NCBI GenBank assembly: GCA_041659805.1
Contig: JBAZXP010000001.1
Location: 800,141 to 864,140 of the forward strand
DNA from: Microgenomates group bacterium
Lineage (GTDB): Bacteria; Patescibacteriota; Microgenomatia; Daviesbacterales; UBA10151
Reading direction: 5' to 3'
DNA length: 64,000 nucleotides
Shown here piece by piece: positions 19,277 to 28,812 of the stretch. A model generated the notes under the pieces. It was not told where the DNA came from, searched no databases, and saw nothing but the letters and a program-made list of their open reading frames with translations. Position 1 is the first letter of the stretch. Every line of letters begins with the position of its first letter. A program made the position numbers and the translations under genes.

Positions 19277-20158
19277 ATGAGCAAAAAAATAACTAAAGCC
19301 TTAATCCCCGCAGCAGGTTTTGGAACCAGATTCCTTCCTCAAACAAAAGCAATGCCCAAAGAAATGCTGCCCATTGTTGATAAACCAGTTATCCAATATG
19401 TAGTTGAAGAGATTGTTGAGTCAGGCATAAATGACATTATTATTGTGACCGGCGCCAATAAAAGGGCAATAGAGGATCATTTCGATAGTCCGAGCGAAGG
19501 TCTTGTCCAAAATCTAACAAGTGGTGGTAAAGAGGAACTCCTTAGTGAAGTCAATAGAATCTCCGAGATGGCTAATTTTATCTATATCAGACAAAAAGGC
19601 CCATACGGAAACGGTACCCCGATTTTGGCAGGGGAAGCTGTAATCGACGACGAACCTTTTGCGGTGCTTTGGGGTGATGAGTTTATAACCGCCAAACCTC
19701 CGCGTTTGGCTCAAATGATCGAGGTTTATGAAAAATATGGCGGAATTGTCATTTCCGGAGTTGAAATTAAAAACAAGGAAGAATTAAGGCGTTATGGTAT
19801 TGCTGATTTAGAACCTGTAGAAGGAAATGTTTTTAAGATTAAAGCGATTGTAGAAAAACCAGATCCAGATGTTGCTCCCTCAAATATTGCTACTCATGGA
19901 GCATATATTTTACCACCTGAGATTTTTGGGGCACTTAAAAGGCTTGAACCAGGTAAAGGTGGGGAAATTTGGTTAGTTGATGCTATTAATCTTTTAAGGG
20001 ACGAAGGAATGCCTGTTTACGCGGTAGTTGTTGATAATGCCACGTATTACGATACAGGCAATAAGCTAGATTATCTAAAAACAGTAGTTGAGCATGCCTT
20101 GAAACATGAAGATTTAGGAGAAGGCTTTAAACATTACCTCAAAACCCTTAAATTTTAG
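19277..20158 (+). CDS. galU: UTP--glucose-1-phosphate uridylyltransferase
   Basis: LIPAAGFGTRFLPQTKAMPKEMLPIVDKPVIQYVVEE and overall nucleotidyltransferase architecture. Confidence 0.85.
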   Translation: MSKKITKALIPAAGFGTRFLPQTKAMPKEMLPIVDKPVIQYVVEEIVESGINDIIIVTGANKRAIEDHFDSPSEGLVQNLTSGGKEELLSEVNRISEMANFIYIRQKGPYGNGTPILAGEAVIDDEPFAVLWGDEFITAKPPRLAQMIEVYEKYGGIVISGVEIKNKEELRRYGIADLEPVEGNVFKIKAIVEKPDPDVAPSNIATHGAYILPPEIFGALKRLEPGKGGEIWLVDAINLLRDEGMPVYAVVVDNATYYDTGNKLDYLKTVVEHALKHEDLGEGFKHYLKTLKF

Positions 20159-20444
20159 TATTTCTATTCTTAAAATATTTTATTAACTTACTGAAAAGCA
20201 TTCCTATTGTAAAGCTAGCTAAGGGAAGTACAAGAAAAAGTAAACCTAGGGCAATAGCAGAAGCTATATGTTCTTTCTCTGAATCATTAAAAATGATATA
20301 CATAACTACTAAAATAGCAGGGACTACCAAGGACGGTAATCCAAATTTCATGGTTTTTTCACTTCCCAAAAAGTAGCTTGTTAAACCCACGATAAAATAA
20401 ACTACAGTTAAGACACTTAAAGAAATTATTAAAACAGAGATCAT
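20148..20444 (-). CDS. Hypothetical small membrane protein (98 aa)
   Basis: Three hydrophobic helices. ORF only. Confidence 0.35.
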   Translation of the reverse strand: MISVLIISLSVLTVVYFIVGLTSYFLGSEKTMKFGLPSLVVPAILVVMYIIFNDSEKEHIASAIALGLLFLVLPLASFTIGMLFSKLIKYFKNRNTKI

Positions 20445-20616
20445 CTAATTATATTCTACTAAAAAAAGTAAAATTGAAATACCTCAAAATCCTATTATTT
20501 GAAGTTGCGTATATCTTAATAGCTATAAAAGACCTATAATAGAAAAGTCTTCAGCGATATGTTGTTCTGGCCCCACATCCACACCTTCATTTTTCTCATC
20601 GCTGACCCAAAATCCT

Positions 20617-21834
20617 ATGAATATTTTATTTATCAGCAGGAATTCACCTTTTGAGAGTATTGGAGGTATTGAACGTTATATTGATAATCTTATTGCCTAC
20701 TACGGAATCAAGATTAATTTAAAGTCCCAACTATACTTGATGTTGCCTACAATTAAAGAAAGTTACCTTGAAAAGAAGGGGAATGTCACAATTTTTTATG
20801 AAAATAGCTTGTTTTTGTCCAGAAGTACCCAGGCAGCTAAAAAAGAGATAACAAAAAAAGCACAGTTATTTTCAGAGAGAGTGGCTCAGATTATTAAAGA
20901 ATTTGATATCAATATTATTTGTGCAGAAAATTTTCACACAGATCTTCCTCCTGCCTATAGCTTGTTACTTAATATGGTAACAATGTCTTTAAAAATTCCC
21001 TTGGTCTTGCAGCTTCATTCCTTTGCTACAACAGAGCTTCAAACAGAACTTATTAATCAATTAAAATGGGATAGGATTAGTTGCGTCAGTAAAAGTGTAG
21101 CTGGTGATTGTTTCCAAAAGGGTACGGACATTAATTTTTTATCAACTCATTACTTGGGAGTAAATACAGGGGAATTTAATTTAGATATAAGTAAGGCAAG
21201 TGTTTTAAAAGAACAATTAGGATTAACTCCAAATTGCAAGTTAATCCTGACAGCTACCAGAATTATCAGAGGGAAGAAAAATATTTTACAAGAAAAGGGG
21301 ATTATCAATTTAATTGAGGCTTTCTCAAAACTTACCCCCAGGTATCCTAATTTAAGGCCGCTTATAGCAATCGGTAAACCGCCAGAAAATTTAAATAATG
21401 AATTTAATATTGCCTACGAAATGCTTCAGGGTTATATTAAGTTACACAATGTGGAAGCACAAACAATCTTAAAACCCTTTACCTTACATGAAATGCCAGA
21501 TGTTTATAGAGGATCTGATATTTTTGTTCTGGCTTCTGAAAATGAGACATTTGGGCAGGTTTTTATAGAAGCTATGAGTTGCGGTTTACCAGTAATAGGC
21601 ACAAAAGTGGGGGGAATACCAGAAATTATCAGTGATTCTTATAATGGTTACTTAATTATACCTGACGATGCCAGCGTTCTAGCCCAAAGAATAGAAGTTC
21701 TAATAAATAATAAATTAACAAGGGATAGCTTTATTAAAGCAGGAATAAAAACTGTAGAAGAAAAATTTACCTCAGAGCAACAATTTTCCAATTTCAATAA
21801 AATGTTGGAAGAAGTACTAACAGAATTTAGTTAA
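20617..21834 (+). CDS. Glycosyltransferase family 4 (GT-B, group 1)
   Basis: EAMSCGLPVIGTKVGGIPEII, a GT4 signature. Confidence 0.7.
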   Translation: MNILFISRNSPFESIGGIERYIDNLIAYYGIKINLKSQLYLMLPTIKESYLEKKGNVTIFYENSLFLSRSTQAAKKEITKKAQLFSERVAQIIKEFDINIICAENFHTDLPPAYSLLLNMVTMSLKIPLVLQLHSFATTELQTELINQLKWDRISCVSKSVAGDCFQKGTDINFLSTHYLGVNTGEFNLDISKASVLKEQLGLTPNCKLILTATRIIRGKKNILQEKGIINLIEAFSKLTPRYPNLRPLIAIGKPPENLNNEFNIAYEMLQGYIKLHNVEAQTILKPFTLHEMPDVYRGSDIFVLASENETFGQVFIEAMSCGLPVIGTKVGGIPEIISDSYNGYLIIPDDASVLAQRIEVLINNKLTRDSFIKAGIKTVEEKFTSEQQFSNFNKMLEEVLTEFS

Positions 21835-21866
21835 TTTAAATTTCTTCTTGTGGTATATTATATTTC

Positions 21867-22724
21867 ATGATTAAGGCAATTGTTCTTGATGTGGATGGCG
21901 TAATTAAAGGTTCAAAAACTGGTATAAATTTCCCTCTTCCACACACAAAAGTCTTAGCTGCAATGAAAAAAATAAATAAAAGTGGCATTCCGATTATTTT
22001 ATGTACAGGCAATTATTATTACTCAATTAAAAAAATTATCCAGCTAACTGAATTGCGAAATCCCCATATTTCAGATAGAGCTGCTTTGATTGTTGATGCA
22101 TTCAAAAATAAATTTTTGGAAAAGCATGTAATTGATAACAAAATTGCCAAAATTACTCTTGAAACTGTGTGGCCTTTAGAAAGTTATTTAGAAGTTTTTT
22201 CTGATAAGAACTATTTTATTCAAAAAAGCAAACTTTCCGAGCTAACAAAACTGCGAAGTATTGTATTACAAAAAAAACCTATTATCGTGGAGTCCTTTAA
22301 AGATATCCCAACCCTTGACCTTATCAAGGTTAGTTTATTTACTCAGAAAAAATCAGAAAAAAGAAAGGTAGACAGAATGCTTGAAAAATTTCAGGACATT
22401 ATTTCATTTGCGTGAGGTCATAATCCTGTGATGAGTAATCTTGATCTTTTAGATGTAACAGCTAAGGGGATTACTAAACTACACGGGGTAAATCTGATAT
22501 TGAATAAACTGGGAATACCATTTGATTTTGTTTTGGGAGTTGGTGATTCATTAAGTGATTGGGATTTTATGTCCTCCTGTAAATATGCAACAGCTATGGG
22601 GAATGCCAAAAAGGAATTTAAAGAATTAGTGAAAACTAAAGGCAAAGGAAATTATTTTATTGCTCCAGATGTGGATGAAAATGGACTTCTTGACGCATTT
22701 AAATACTTTGGTTTATCTACATAA
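21867..22724 (+). pseudogene. Cof-type HAD-superfamily hydrolase interrupted by an in-frame TGA at 22413..22415. The two ORFs, 21867..22415 and 22428..22724, are in the same frame.
   Basis: Motif I VLDVDGVI lies in the first ORF. Motif III/IV region DVTAKGITK...GVGDSLSDWDFM...AMGNA lies in the second. There is no frameshift, only a stop. Confidence 0.55.
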
Positions 22725-22768
22725 AATATTAAACAGAAGATTAATTACAACGATCGACTTTTTGCTTC

Positions 22769-22848
<80 letters not shown>

Positions 22849-22866
22849 ATAACAAACATTCACATT

Positions 22867-24606
22867 TTACCTCACAACCACACTTTTTGCTAGATTCCTG
22901 GGTTTATCTGGATTTAATCCTTTTTTAAGGGCTAATTTGTAAGCTAAAATTTGGGCAAAAACAGTGTGGGGAATTATAGAGCTTGCTCCACAATCTTTTA
23001 CTTTAAAATAAAAATCAAATACAGGATTATTTTCAGGCCCCACCCCAATCACATAAGCCCCCCTGGCTTGCACCTCTTTGGCATTAGCCAAAATCCCATC
23101 TTTTGTCTCATCATTTGGCACAAACACAATCACAGGTGTACCTTTGCTAATTAGGGCAAGTGGGCCATGTTTTAACTCTCCTCCTGCATAGCCTTCTGCA
23201 TGAACATATGTTGTTTCTTTTATTTTTAAAGCAGCTTCCAAAGCAATCGGATAAGATAACCCCCTGCCTAAACAAAAAATGTGATCTTGCTTAGCAATAA
23301 CTTTAACTAACACCTCCAAATTCTTCTCGTGTTTTAAAATACTTTTTATTTCAATTGCACTTTTTTCTAAAATTTCTATCCCTGTTTGTTTTTTACCAGC
23401 AACCATAAAGGTCAGTAAAATCATTTCAGAAAGCATAGCAATAAAGGCTTTAGTAGAAGCAACGGCTTTCTCCACTCCTGCATTCAGTAATAATTTATAA
23501 TCCGCATTCCTATATAAGGTTGAGCCCAAAGTATTCGTCATTGCCACAATTTTGCATTTTTTTGCCTTTGCAGCATTCACTGGCTCAATTGTGTCTATTG
23601 TTTCACCACTTTGAGAGACAGCAACAACTAGACTTTTAGGTGTTAAAGCATGCTCTATATAATTAAACTCAGATCCAATAGAGAAATTTACATGTTTTTT
23701 GGCAAATTTTGAGAAAAGATATGTTCCAGCCAGACATGCGTATGCAGCAGTACCACAACCGATAAAATATGTTCCATATGCTTTTCTTATTTCTGTAGCA
23801 ATTTCTTCTAGAACTTTGCTGTTTTTTAGGATTGTTTCTATAACTTTTGGCTGTTCATTTGTTTCTTTCTCCATGAAATATTTGTAATTATTAAGAGTAG
23901 ATGAGGCATAATCCCAAACAACTTTGGTAAATTTGGGTTCAATTTCTTTTAAATTCTTCACTTCCATAATTTTTAATTTGCCATTTAATACCACCATCTG
24001 ACCATCTTCTATAAATATCAGTTTATCTGTTAAAGAAAGTAGGGCGTTAGGATCAGAAGCCAAAGCATACCCCTCTTTTAATTTACCTAGAACCAAAGGA
24101 GAGCCTTTTTTACAGGCAATAATCTGGGTGCCATCTGAAACTACGATAGCATTTAATCCCTCTAAAATATTAAAGATTTTAGCCACAGATTTAACTAAAT
24201 TCTTTGTTTTTTTAAATTCTTCTTCGATCAAGTGAATAATCACTTCTGAGTCTGTTTCAGATTTGAATGTATGTTTTTTCAAGCCTTTTTTGAGTTCCAG
24301 ATAATTTTCTACGATGCCGTTGTGAACCATCACGAGTTCATTTTTACAATCAGAGTGAGGGTGAGCATTGGCTTCAGTCACACCACCATGAGTTGCCCAA
24401 CGGGTGTGTCCAAGTGAAATATTCGAGCAGGGGAGTAACAATACTTTTGGCAGGAATCCTATTTCCTTCACAGTTTGAAATAATCCATCTAACGGATACG
24501 AGATACCCCATGAATCATAACCGCGGTATTCAATATCAGACAAGCCTTTAAAGGCTGTTTGGGGGGCATGATTTCCTGAATCAATTAAAGCAAAGATTCC
24601 ACACAT
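22867..24606 (-). CDS. glmS: Glutamine--fructose-6-phosphate aminotransferase
   Basis: N-terminal MCGIFA (Ntn amidotransferase Cys2). Tandem SIS domains. The tracked ORF extends upstream, but MCGI marks the true start at 24606. Confidence 0.9.
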   Translation of the reverse strand: MCGIFALIDSGNHAPQTAFKGLSDIEYRGYDSWGISYPLDGLFQTVKEIGFLPKVLLLPCSNISLGHTRWATHGGVTEANAHPHSDCKNELVMVHNGIVENYLELKKGLKKHTFKSETDSEVIIHLIEEEFKKTKNLVKSVAKIFNILEGLNAIVVSDGTQIIACKKGSPLVLGKLKEGYALASDPNALLSLTDKLIFIEDGQMVVLNGKLKIMEVKNLKEIEPKFTKVVWDYASSTLNNYKYFMEKETNEQPKVIETILKNSKVLEEIATEIRKAYGTYFIGCGTAAYACLAGTYLFSKFAKKHVNFSIGSEFNYIEHALTPKSLVVAVSQSGETIDTIEPVNAAKAKKCKIVAMTNTLGSTLYRNADYKLLLNAGVEKAVASTKAFIAMLSEMILLTFMVAGKKQTGIEILEKSAIEIKSILKHEKNLEVLVKVIAKQDHIFCLGRGLSYPIALEAALKIKETTYVHAEGYAGGELKHGPLALISKGTPVIVFVPNDETKDGILANAKEVQARGAYVIGVGPENNPVFDFYFKVKDCGASSIIPHTVFAQILAYKLALKKGLNPDKPRNLAKSVVVR

Positions 24607-24633
24607 ACTTAAGAAGAATTTGTGCCGAACGAA

Positions 24634-24660
24634 AACTTTGTGCCACGACCTGGACGAAGC
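24634..24660 (-). repeat. Partial duplicate of the 3' end (T-loop to acceptor, about 22-25 nt) of the tRNA at 24776..24848. It lies in the glmS 5' leader and is att-like.
   Basis: tttgtgccacgacctggac(g)aagcg versus the tRNA 3' end tttgtgccacgacctggactcgaacc. aagaatttgtgcc is also repeated at 24609 and 24766. Confidence 0.55.
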
Positions 24661-24775
24661 GGAGCTTGCGACCTTCGGTCTTCGAACCTGCTTAGCTCTG
24701 CGAGATGCGCAAGTTAAATTCCCGATATCATGGCAAAAAAATTCTTTATCCAACAAAAGTTGAACAAAGAATTTG

Positions 24776-24848
24776 TGCCACGACCTGGACTCGAACCCGG
24801 ATAAGACGCTCTTCAGGCGCCCGCCTTGACCATCTTGGCTATCGTGGC
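24776..24848 (-). tRNA. tRNA-Phe-like (anticodon GAA) with an atypical D-arm (3-bp D-stem, 11-nt D-loop) and one T-stem mismatch
   Basis: Acceptor GCCACGA/UCGUGGC, perfect. Anticodon stem GGCGC/GCGUC, loop CUGAAGA. T-loop UUCGAGU. Possibly a functional unusual tRNA, or a degenerate one. Confidence 0.5.
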
Positions 24849-24928
24849 AACACTTGGGTATTATAGCAAATTACAACTATTCGGACAATTCAGGTTTGAA
24901 GAAGTTAGTCTAAAGCCTTTATGATTAA

Positions 24929-25267
24929 CTAATGTAGATTCTTTTCTAGAGCTAACTGAACTGCCAGTACAAGAACAGGATTGTGAGTAGGAGGAATGTC
25001 TAAATAAATCTCTTGAACGGGAGGGATAACATCCTTGATCAATAGGCCTTTCTTCAACCCCAAACCACACTCTTGTTCATATGTAGGATCGCCAGTACTT
25101 TGATACTTTTCCACATCAGAGGTTCTTCCTTGTTCAATAAGCCATGCTTTAACATAAAGAGAGCGTATTCTTTGTGCTAAGGAAGCAAATTCCTTTGGGC
25201 TATTTGCTGAATATCTGGTACAAAAGGAAATTGTATCCCCTGATTCATAATGGTTCTCAATAGTCAT
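24929..25267 (-). CDS. Hypothetical protein (about 112 aa, start MTIENHYESGD). The tracked upstream extension overlaps tRNA-Val and is spurious.
   Basis: The ORF remains after trimming the tRNA overlap. No recognizable motif. Confidence 0.3.
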   Translation of the reverse strand: MTIENHYESGDTISFCTRYSANSPKEFASLAQRIRSLYVKAWLIEQGRTSDVEKYQSTGDPTYEQECGLGLKKGLLIKDVIPPVQEIYLDIPPTHNPVLVLAVQLALEKNLH

Positions 25268-25314
25268 TTGGAGATTATAACAAAATATAATTAATTTTAC
25301 TATGGGTTTCTGAG

Positions 25315-25387
25315 TGGGCAGTAAGGGACTCGAACCCCTGACATCTTCAGTGTAAATGAAGCGCTCTACCAACTGAGCTAACTGCCC
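25315..25387 (-). tRNA. tRNA-Val (anticodon UAC)
   Basis: GGGCAGU acceptor, D-arm GCUC-AGUUGGUA-GAGC, anticodon loop UUUACAC, T-arm AGGGG-UUCGAGU-CCCUU. Confidence 0.85.
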
Positions 25388-25511
25388 GGACAAAAACTAA
25401 CTAATTCTGCCCTAGGCTCAAATTATACTACTTTTTTGATTAATCTCATATAAACTCATTAGAATTTTACTATTTGCATAAGCTCATAGTTTTTATGTAT
25501 AATTCTCATTT

Positions 25512-26354
25512 ATGTTGGATAACGAACCGGAAGAGTATGAATTCAGGCACAAACAAAGAATTTATCTTGATGGATATCAAGGTGTTGCAAAAGGATTGAT
25601 GCAATTAAATGATCCTGTAGCAGATGGATTTATGAGGGTTGCCGATATGCGGGGAAACATCCAAATTATTCAAAAACCACAAGACAGAGTCCGGGATTAT
25701 GAAGATGTAGGCTTTGTTAGAATAGGTAAGTTTCTTAAAATGCCCAGATTAGATTTTTGGCATGGAGACGGTCTGGTAGAGACCAAAAAAGAGGAGGGCA
25801 ATTGGTTTATTGCTATAAATGACGAAGATTTAGCAGACAAAGTAGCAAGAACAAATGATGGAACTCAGAAATTTGATGACTTGTATCTGGAAGCGTTTAA
25901 CAAAGAGGTTAAAAGGGGACTAACTACTTGTCTAAAAAGGGAAAAATTGTTAAATAGCGGGAACTATAACTTAGGACTTGTTATAGGATATAACGCTTTT
26001 ATTGATATTGCGGTGTTGCTTCCAGGAGTAGCTGTTGCCCAAATAACAACCGGAGAAAATCCACTTTATACAGCTTTAATTTTAAGCGGATTATATACTT
26101 TTTGGACAGGAGCTCATAATGCAATCAATTTATTTGGCGCAGGATTACATATTGCCGAGGACAAAATCTTCGCTCCACATCAACCCAAAGGATTTCCTAA
26201 ATATAAAAGTTTATTACCAAATTTTCAGGATCCATTTACAAAACACAGCATATTAGATATGGTATTAGGTCCAAATGTGCCTGTTGACCGCTTATTCAGA
26301 GGATTACGATATCTGGATAAACACGGAAATCAACTGATTGAAGCCAGAAGTTAA
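25512..26354 (+). CDS. Hypothetical protein (280 aa) with a C-terminal hydrophobic region
   Basis: ORF only. Confidence 0.4.
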   Translation: MLDNEPEEYEFRHKQRIYLDGYQGVAKGLMQLNDPVADGFMRVADMRGNIQIIQKPQDRVRDYEDVGFVRIGKFLKMPRLDFWHGDGLVETKKEEGNWFIAINDEDLADKVARTNDGTQKFDDLYLEAFNKEVKRGLTTCLKREKLLNSGNYNLGLVIGYNAFIDIAVLLPGVAVAQITTGENPLYTALILSGLYTFWTGAHNAINLFGAGLHIAEDKIFAPHQPKGFPKYKSLLPNFQDPFTKHSILDMVLGPNVPVDRLFRGLRYLDKHGNQLIEARS

Positions 26355-26355
26355 T

Positions 26356-27768
26356 TTATTTATATAACTCTTTAAGCCTTATATACAATGCAGGGGTAAA
26401 CATGCCCTTTGGATAAACCTCCTGTGGGAAGTCAGATTTATTTGAGTGTTCAACTGGACTTAAAGCATCTTCAACTACTTTCATAGTAAATTGGTGTTTT
26501 CTGGAATCCATTTTAGGTGCAACCTTATCATCAATCTCCCTTTTTATAAGATCAATTTGCTGAGGCGATTCCACCATTCTGTAATTTGGTATTTGATCCC
26601 AAACATTTTGCAGATAGCTGAGAAATCCTATTGCTCTGCCAGTAGATGTAACCGGGCTGTAAGTATAGGGGAATTTATATTCATTTGTTGATAGTCTTTG
26701 ACCAGATTCCTGTAACTGCTGAAATGCACCTTTTTCTTTGGAACTGAATAAGGCCCCAACGGCTGACGCAAATATGTAGCTATGCCCGCGCCAAACAGCA
26801 CCTGTCACTTGACCTTCAGAAATTGGTAACAAATGTGAAACTGCATTGCCAACATTATCAACAATGTGAGTATCTGCATTCAAAACAGGAGGAGCTAGTA
26901 AAATACCTGCTGCTGTGGCTATTTTTAGAGGAACTCTAAGCCAACCCTGATTAACTAGGTCTGCTGTTTGTTCTTTAGCATCAATAAACATATTCCGTGT
27001 TCCCATAAAAGGAGAGTACTCCATAAACAAAAGTAGGGCTAAAGAAGAGACAGCCTTTTCTCTCAATCCTCTTGATTCTTTTAAAGTCTGCCATCTGGTT
27101 AATAACTCTTCAATTCCGGCCTCATGAATAGTGCAGGCAGCTTCATCTAAACGAAACTCGCTTTGCCAAGCATTTTCACCCCAATAGTTAACATTTTTAT
27201 TTTTACTCTTTTCTTGATTTTTAGCCTCCAGGAAGTAAGCCATTTGCTGATGATGCCTTGCATGAATAGATTCATGTCTCCACCAACTTCTTCTCCCTAC
27301 ATGATAAAGTCCCCGGAGAAATGGCATAGAAAGCCCATCCAAACCACCATTCACTGCCAAATATGCCATTAAAGGATCTGTTAGACAAACATCATTCATC
27401 CTCATCGTACTTGAGCTAATATTATAGGTACCCAGGATAAACGGAAGAAAATGTACATGTCCTGAATCTTCGACTATACCTTGAACTGACTCAAAAACTT
27501 CAGGCGGGAGAGACCAAATTTTAGCCCTATCTACATTGTTTTCAGGATTCAATAGTGTGTTACCAAATAAATGCTTTTTACTAGCTTCAGATGTGTGTTT
27601 GAGGATATAATTTGCGTCCGTAGCAGTATAAATATCAGGATTAACTTTAGCCCATTTATCATGAATTTTAGTACGTCCTTTATCTATTGTATTGAAAACT
27701 CCATCAAATACTTGACCTGCTCGTTCTAACATGGGGAGGATTATAACAGTGGCTAAAAAACTTGTCAA
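26356..27768 (-). CDS. Hypothetical protein (470 aa)
   Basis: ORF only. Histidine-rich segment HESIHARHHQQ. Confidence 0.4.
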   Translation of the reverse strand: MTSFLATVIILPMLERAGQVFDGVFNTIDKGRTKIHDKWAKVNPDIYTATDANYILKHTSEASKKHLFGNTLLNPENNVDRAKIWSLPPEVFESVQGIVEDSGHVHFLPFILGTYNISSSTMRMNDVCLTDPLMAYLAVNGGLDGLSMPFLRGLYHVGRRSWWRHESIHARHHQQMAYFLEAKNQEKSKNKNVNYWGENAWQSEFRLDEAACTIHEAGIEELLTRWQTLKESRGLREKAVSSLALLLFMEYSPFMGTRNMFIDAKEQTADLVNQGWLRVPLKIATAAGILLAPPVLNADTHIVDNVGNAVSHLLPISEGQVTGAVWRGHSYIFASAVGALFSSKEKGAFQQLQESGQRLSTNEYKFPYTYSPVTSTGRAIGFLSYLQNVWDQIPNYRMVESPQQIDLIKREIDDKVAPKMDSRKHQFTMKVVEDALSPVEHSNKSDFPQEVYPKGMFTPALYIRLKELYK

Positions 27769-27792
27769 ACTATGGGGCGCTGACTTTTATTG

Positions 27793-27875
27793 TGGGCGAG
27801 AAAGGAGTTGAACCTTCACGGCATTGCTGCCACTACCACCTCAAGGTAGCGTGTATACCATTTCACCACTCGCCC
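27793..27875 (-). tRNA. tRNA-Leu (anticodon GAG), type II with a long variable arm
   Basis: GGGCGAG acceptor, anticodon loop UUGAGGU, variable arm UGGCAGCAAUGCCGU, T-loop UUCAACU. Confidence 0.8.
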
Positions 27876-27967
27876 TTAAACCTGTCGATCAGAGTATCAG
27901 CAAATCAGTATATCAAATTAGATTGATCTGACAATCTGATCCACCGACAAACCGAACATCTGGTTAG

Positions 27968-28050
27968 TACCGAAGAGAGGAGTTGAACCTCCACGCCCTT
28001 GCGGGCACTACGACCTGAACGTAGCGCGTCTACCATTCCGCCACTTCGGC
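27968..28050 (-). tRNA. tRNA-Leu (anticodon CAG), type II
   Basis: GCCGAAG acceptor, anticodon loop UUCAGGU, variable arm UGCCCGCAAGGGCGU, T-loop UUCAACU. Confidence 0.8.
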
Positions 28051-28201
28051 TTGAGGCCTATTTTACCAGAATTTATATTATCTGTCACACTTGTCCTAAT
28101 TTGACTTTTAGAGCAAAGTGGCCTATAATATACAACAAATCCTGGAGTATGTCCCCTCAGACTCCAGGATTTTTTTGTGCTCTGAAAAAGGGCTAAATAA
28201 T

Positions 28202-28792
28202 ATGAAAAAATATTTTGTTATTATTTCCTTAATATTCTCACTAATTATCACCGGACAAGTTTCGGCTTATTCACCAACCTTTATTAACGAATCCCAAACT
28301 CAAATTGCTGTGGGGGATCAAAGGGTTGAAATTTTGGAAGCCTACTTAAATAAGTACAAATCACCTTTAGCTCCTGAAGCTGTAAACTTTGTCGGTGCTG
28401 CTGATAAATATAATATTGACTGGAAATTTGTGGCTGCTATTGCAGGTAACGAATCTACTTTCGGTAAACACACACCAGGTTACCAATCCTACAATGCTTG
28501 GGGATGGGGAGTTTACGGAACTCAAGCTATCTACTTTAAATCCTGGAAAGACGGTATTTATACTGTTTCAGAAGGTTTAAGAAAAAATTACTACAATAAA
28601 GGCTTAACAAATACAACCTCAATTGCCAAAGTTTATGCTGCTTCTCCGTTATGGGCTGCACATGTTACATTCTTTTTAAATGACATGGAAAAATTTGAAA
28701 AACAATATAAAACTGAAATTGCCAAAAAAACTGCTCCGGAACTTGAAGCTCAAACTGCAGGAACTTCTGCTGCAATAAGAACAAAGTCTTAA
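28202..28792 (+). CDS. Secreted protein, putative peptidoglycan hydrolase (glucosaminidase-like)
   Basis: Signal peptide MKKYFVIISLIFSLIITGQVSA. AAIAGNESTFGKH...NAWGWGVYG resembles the glucosaminidase catalytic region. The call is weak. Confidence 0.35.
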   Translation: MKKYFVIISLIFSLIITGQVSAYSPTFINESQTQIAVGDQRVEILEAYLNKYKSPLAPEAVNFVGAADKYNIDWKFVAAIAGNESTFGKHTPGYQSYNAWGWGVYGTQAIYFKSWKDGIYTVSEGLRKNYYNKGLTNTTSIAKVYAASPLWAAHVTFFLNDMEKFEKQYKTEIAKKTAPELEAQTAGTSAAIRTKS

Positions 28793-28812
28793 TTTTTTGA
28801 TACAATCCACTC

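Noticed and set aside
24607-24775. Possible glmS ribozyme in the glmS 5' leader
   Set aside because: I cannot recognize the conserved glmS ribozyme core by eye. The region is better explained by a tRNA 3'-end duplication. An Infernal/Rfam scan would be needed.
25268-25393. N-terminal extension of ORF 24929..25393 (MSGQLAQLVER...)
   Set aside because: It is encoded by the tRNA-Val gene region. Only the downstream part from MTIENH was kept, at low confidence.
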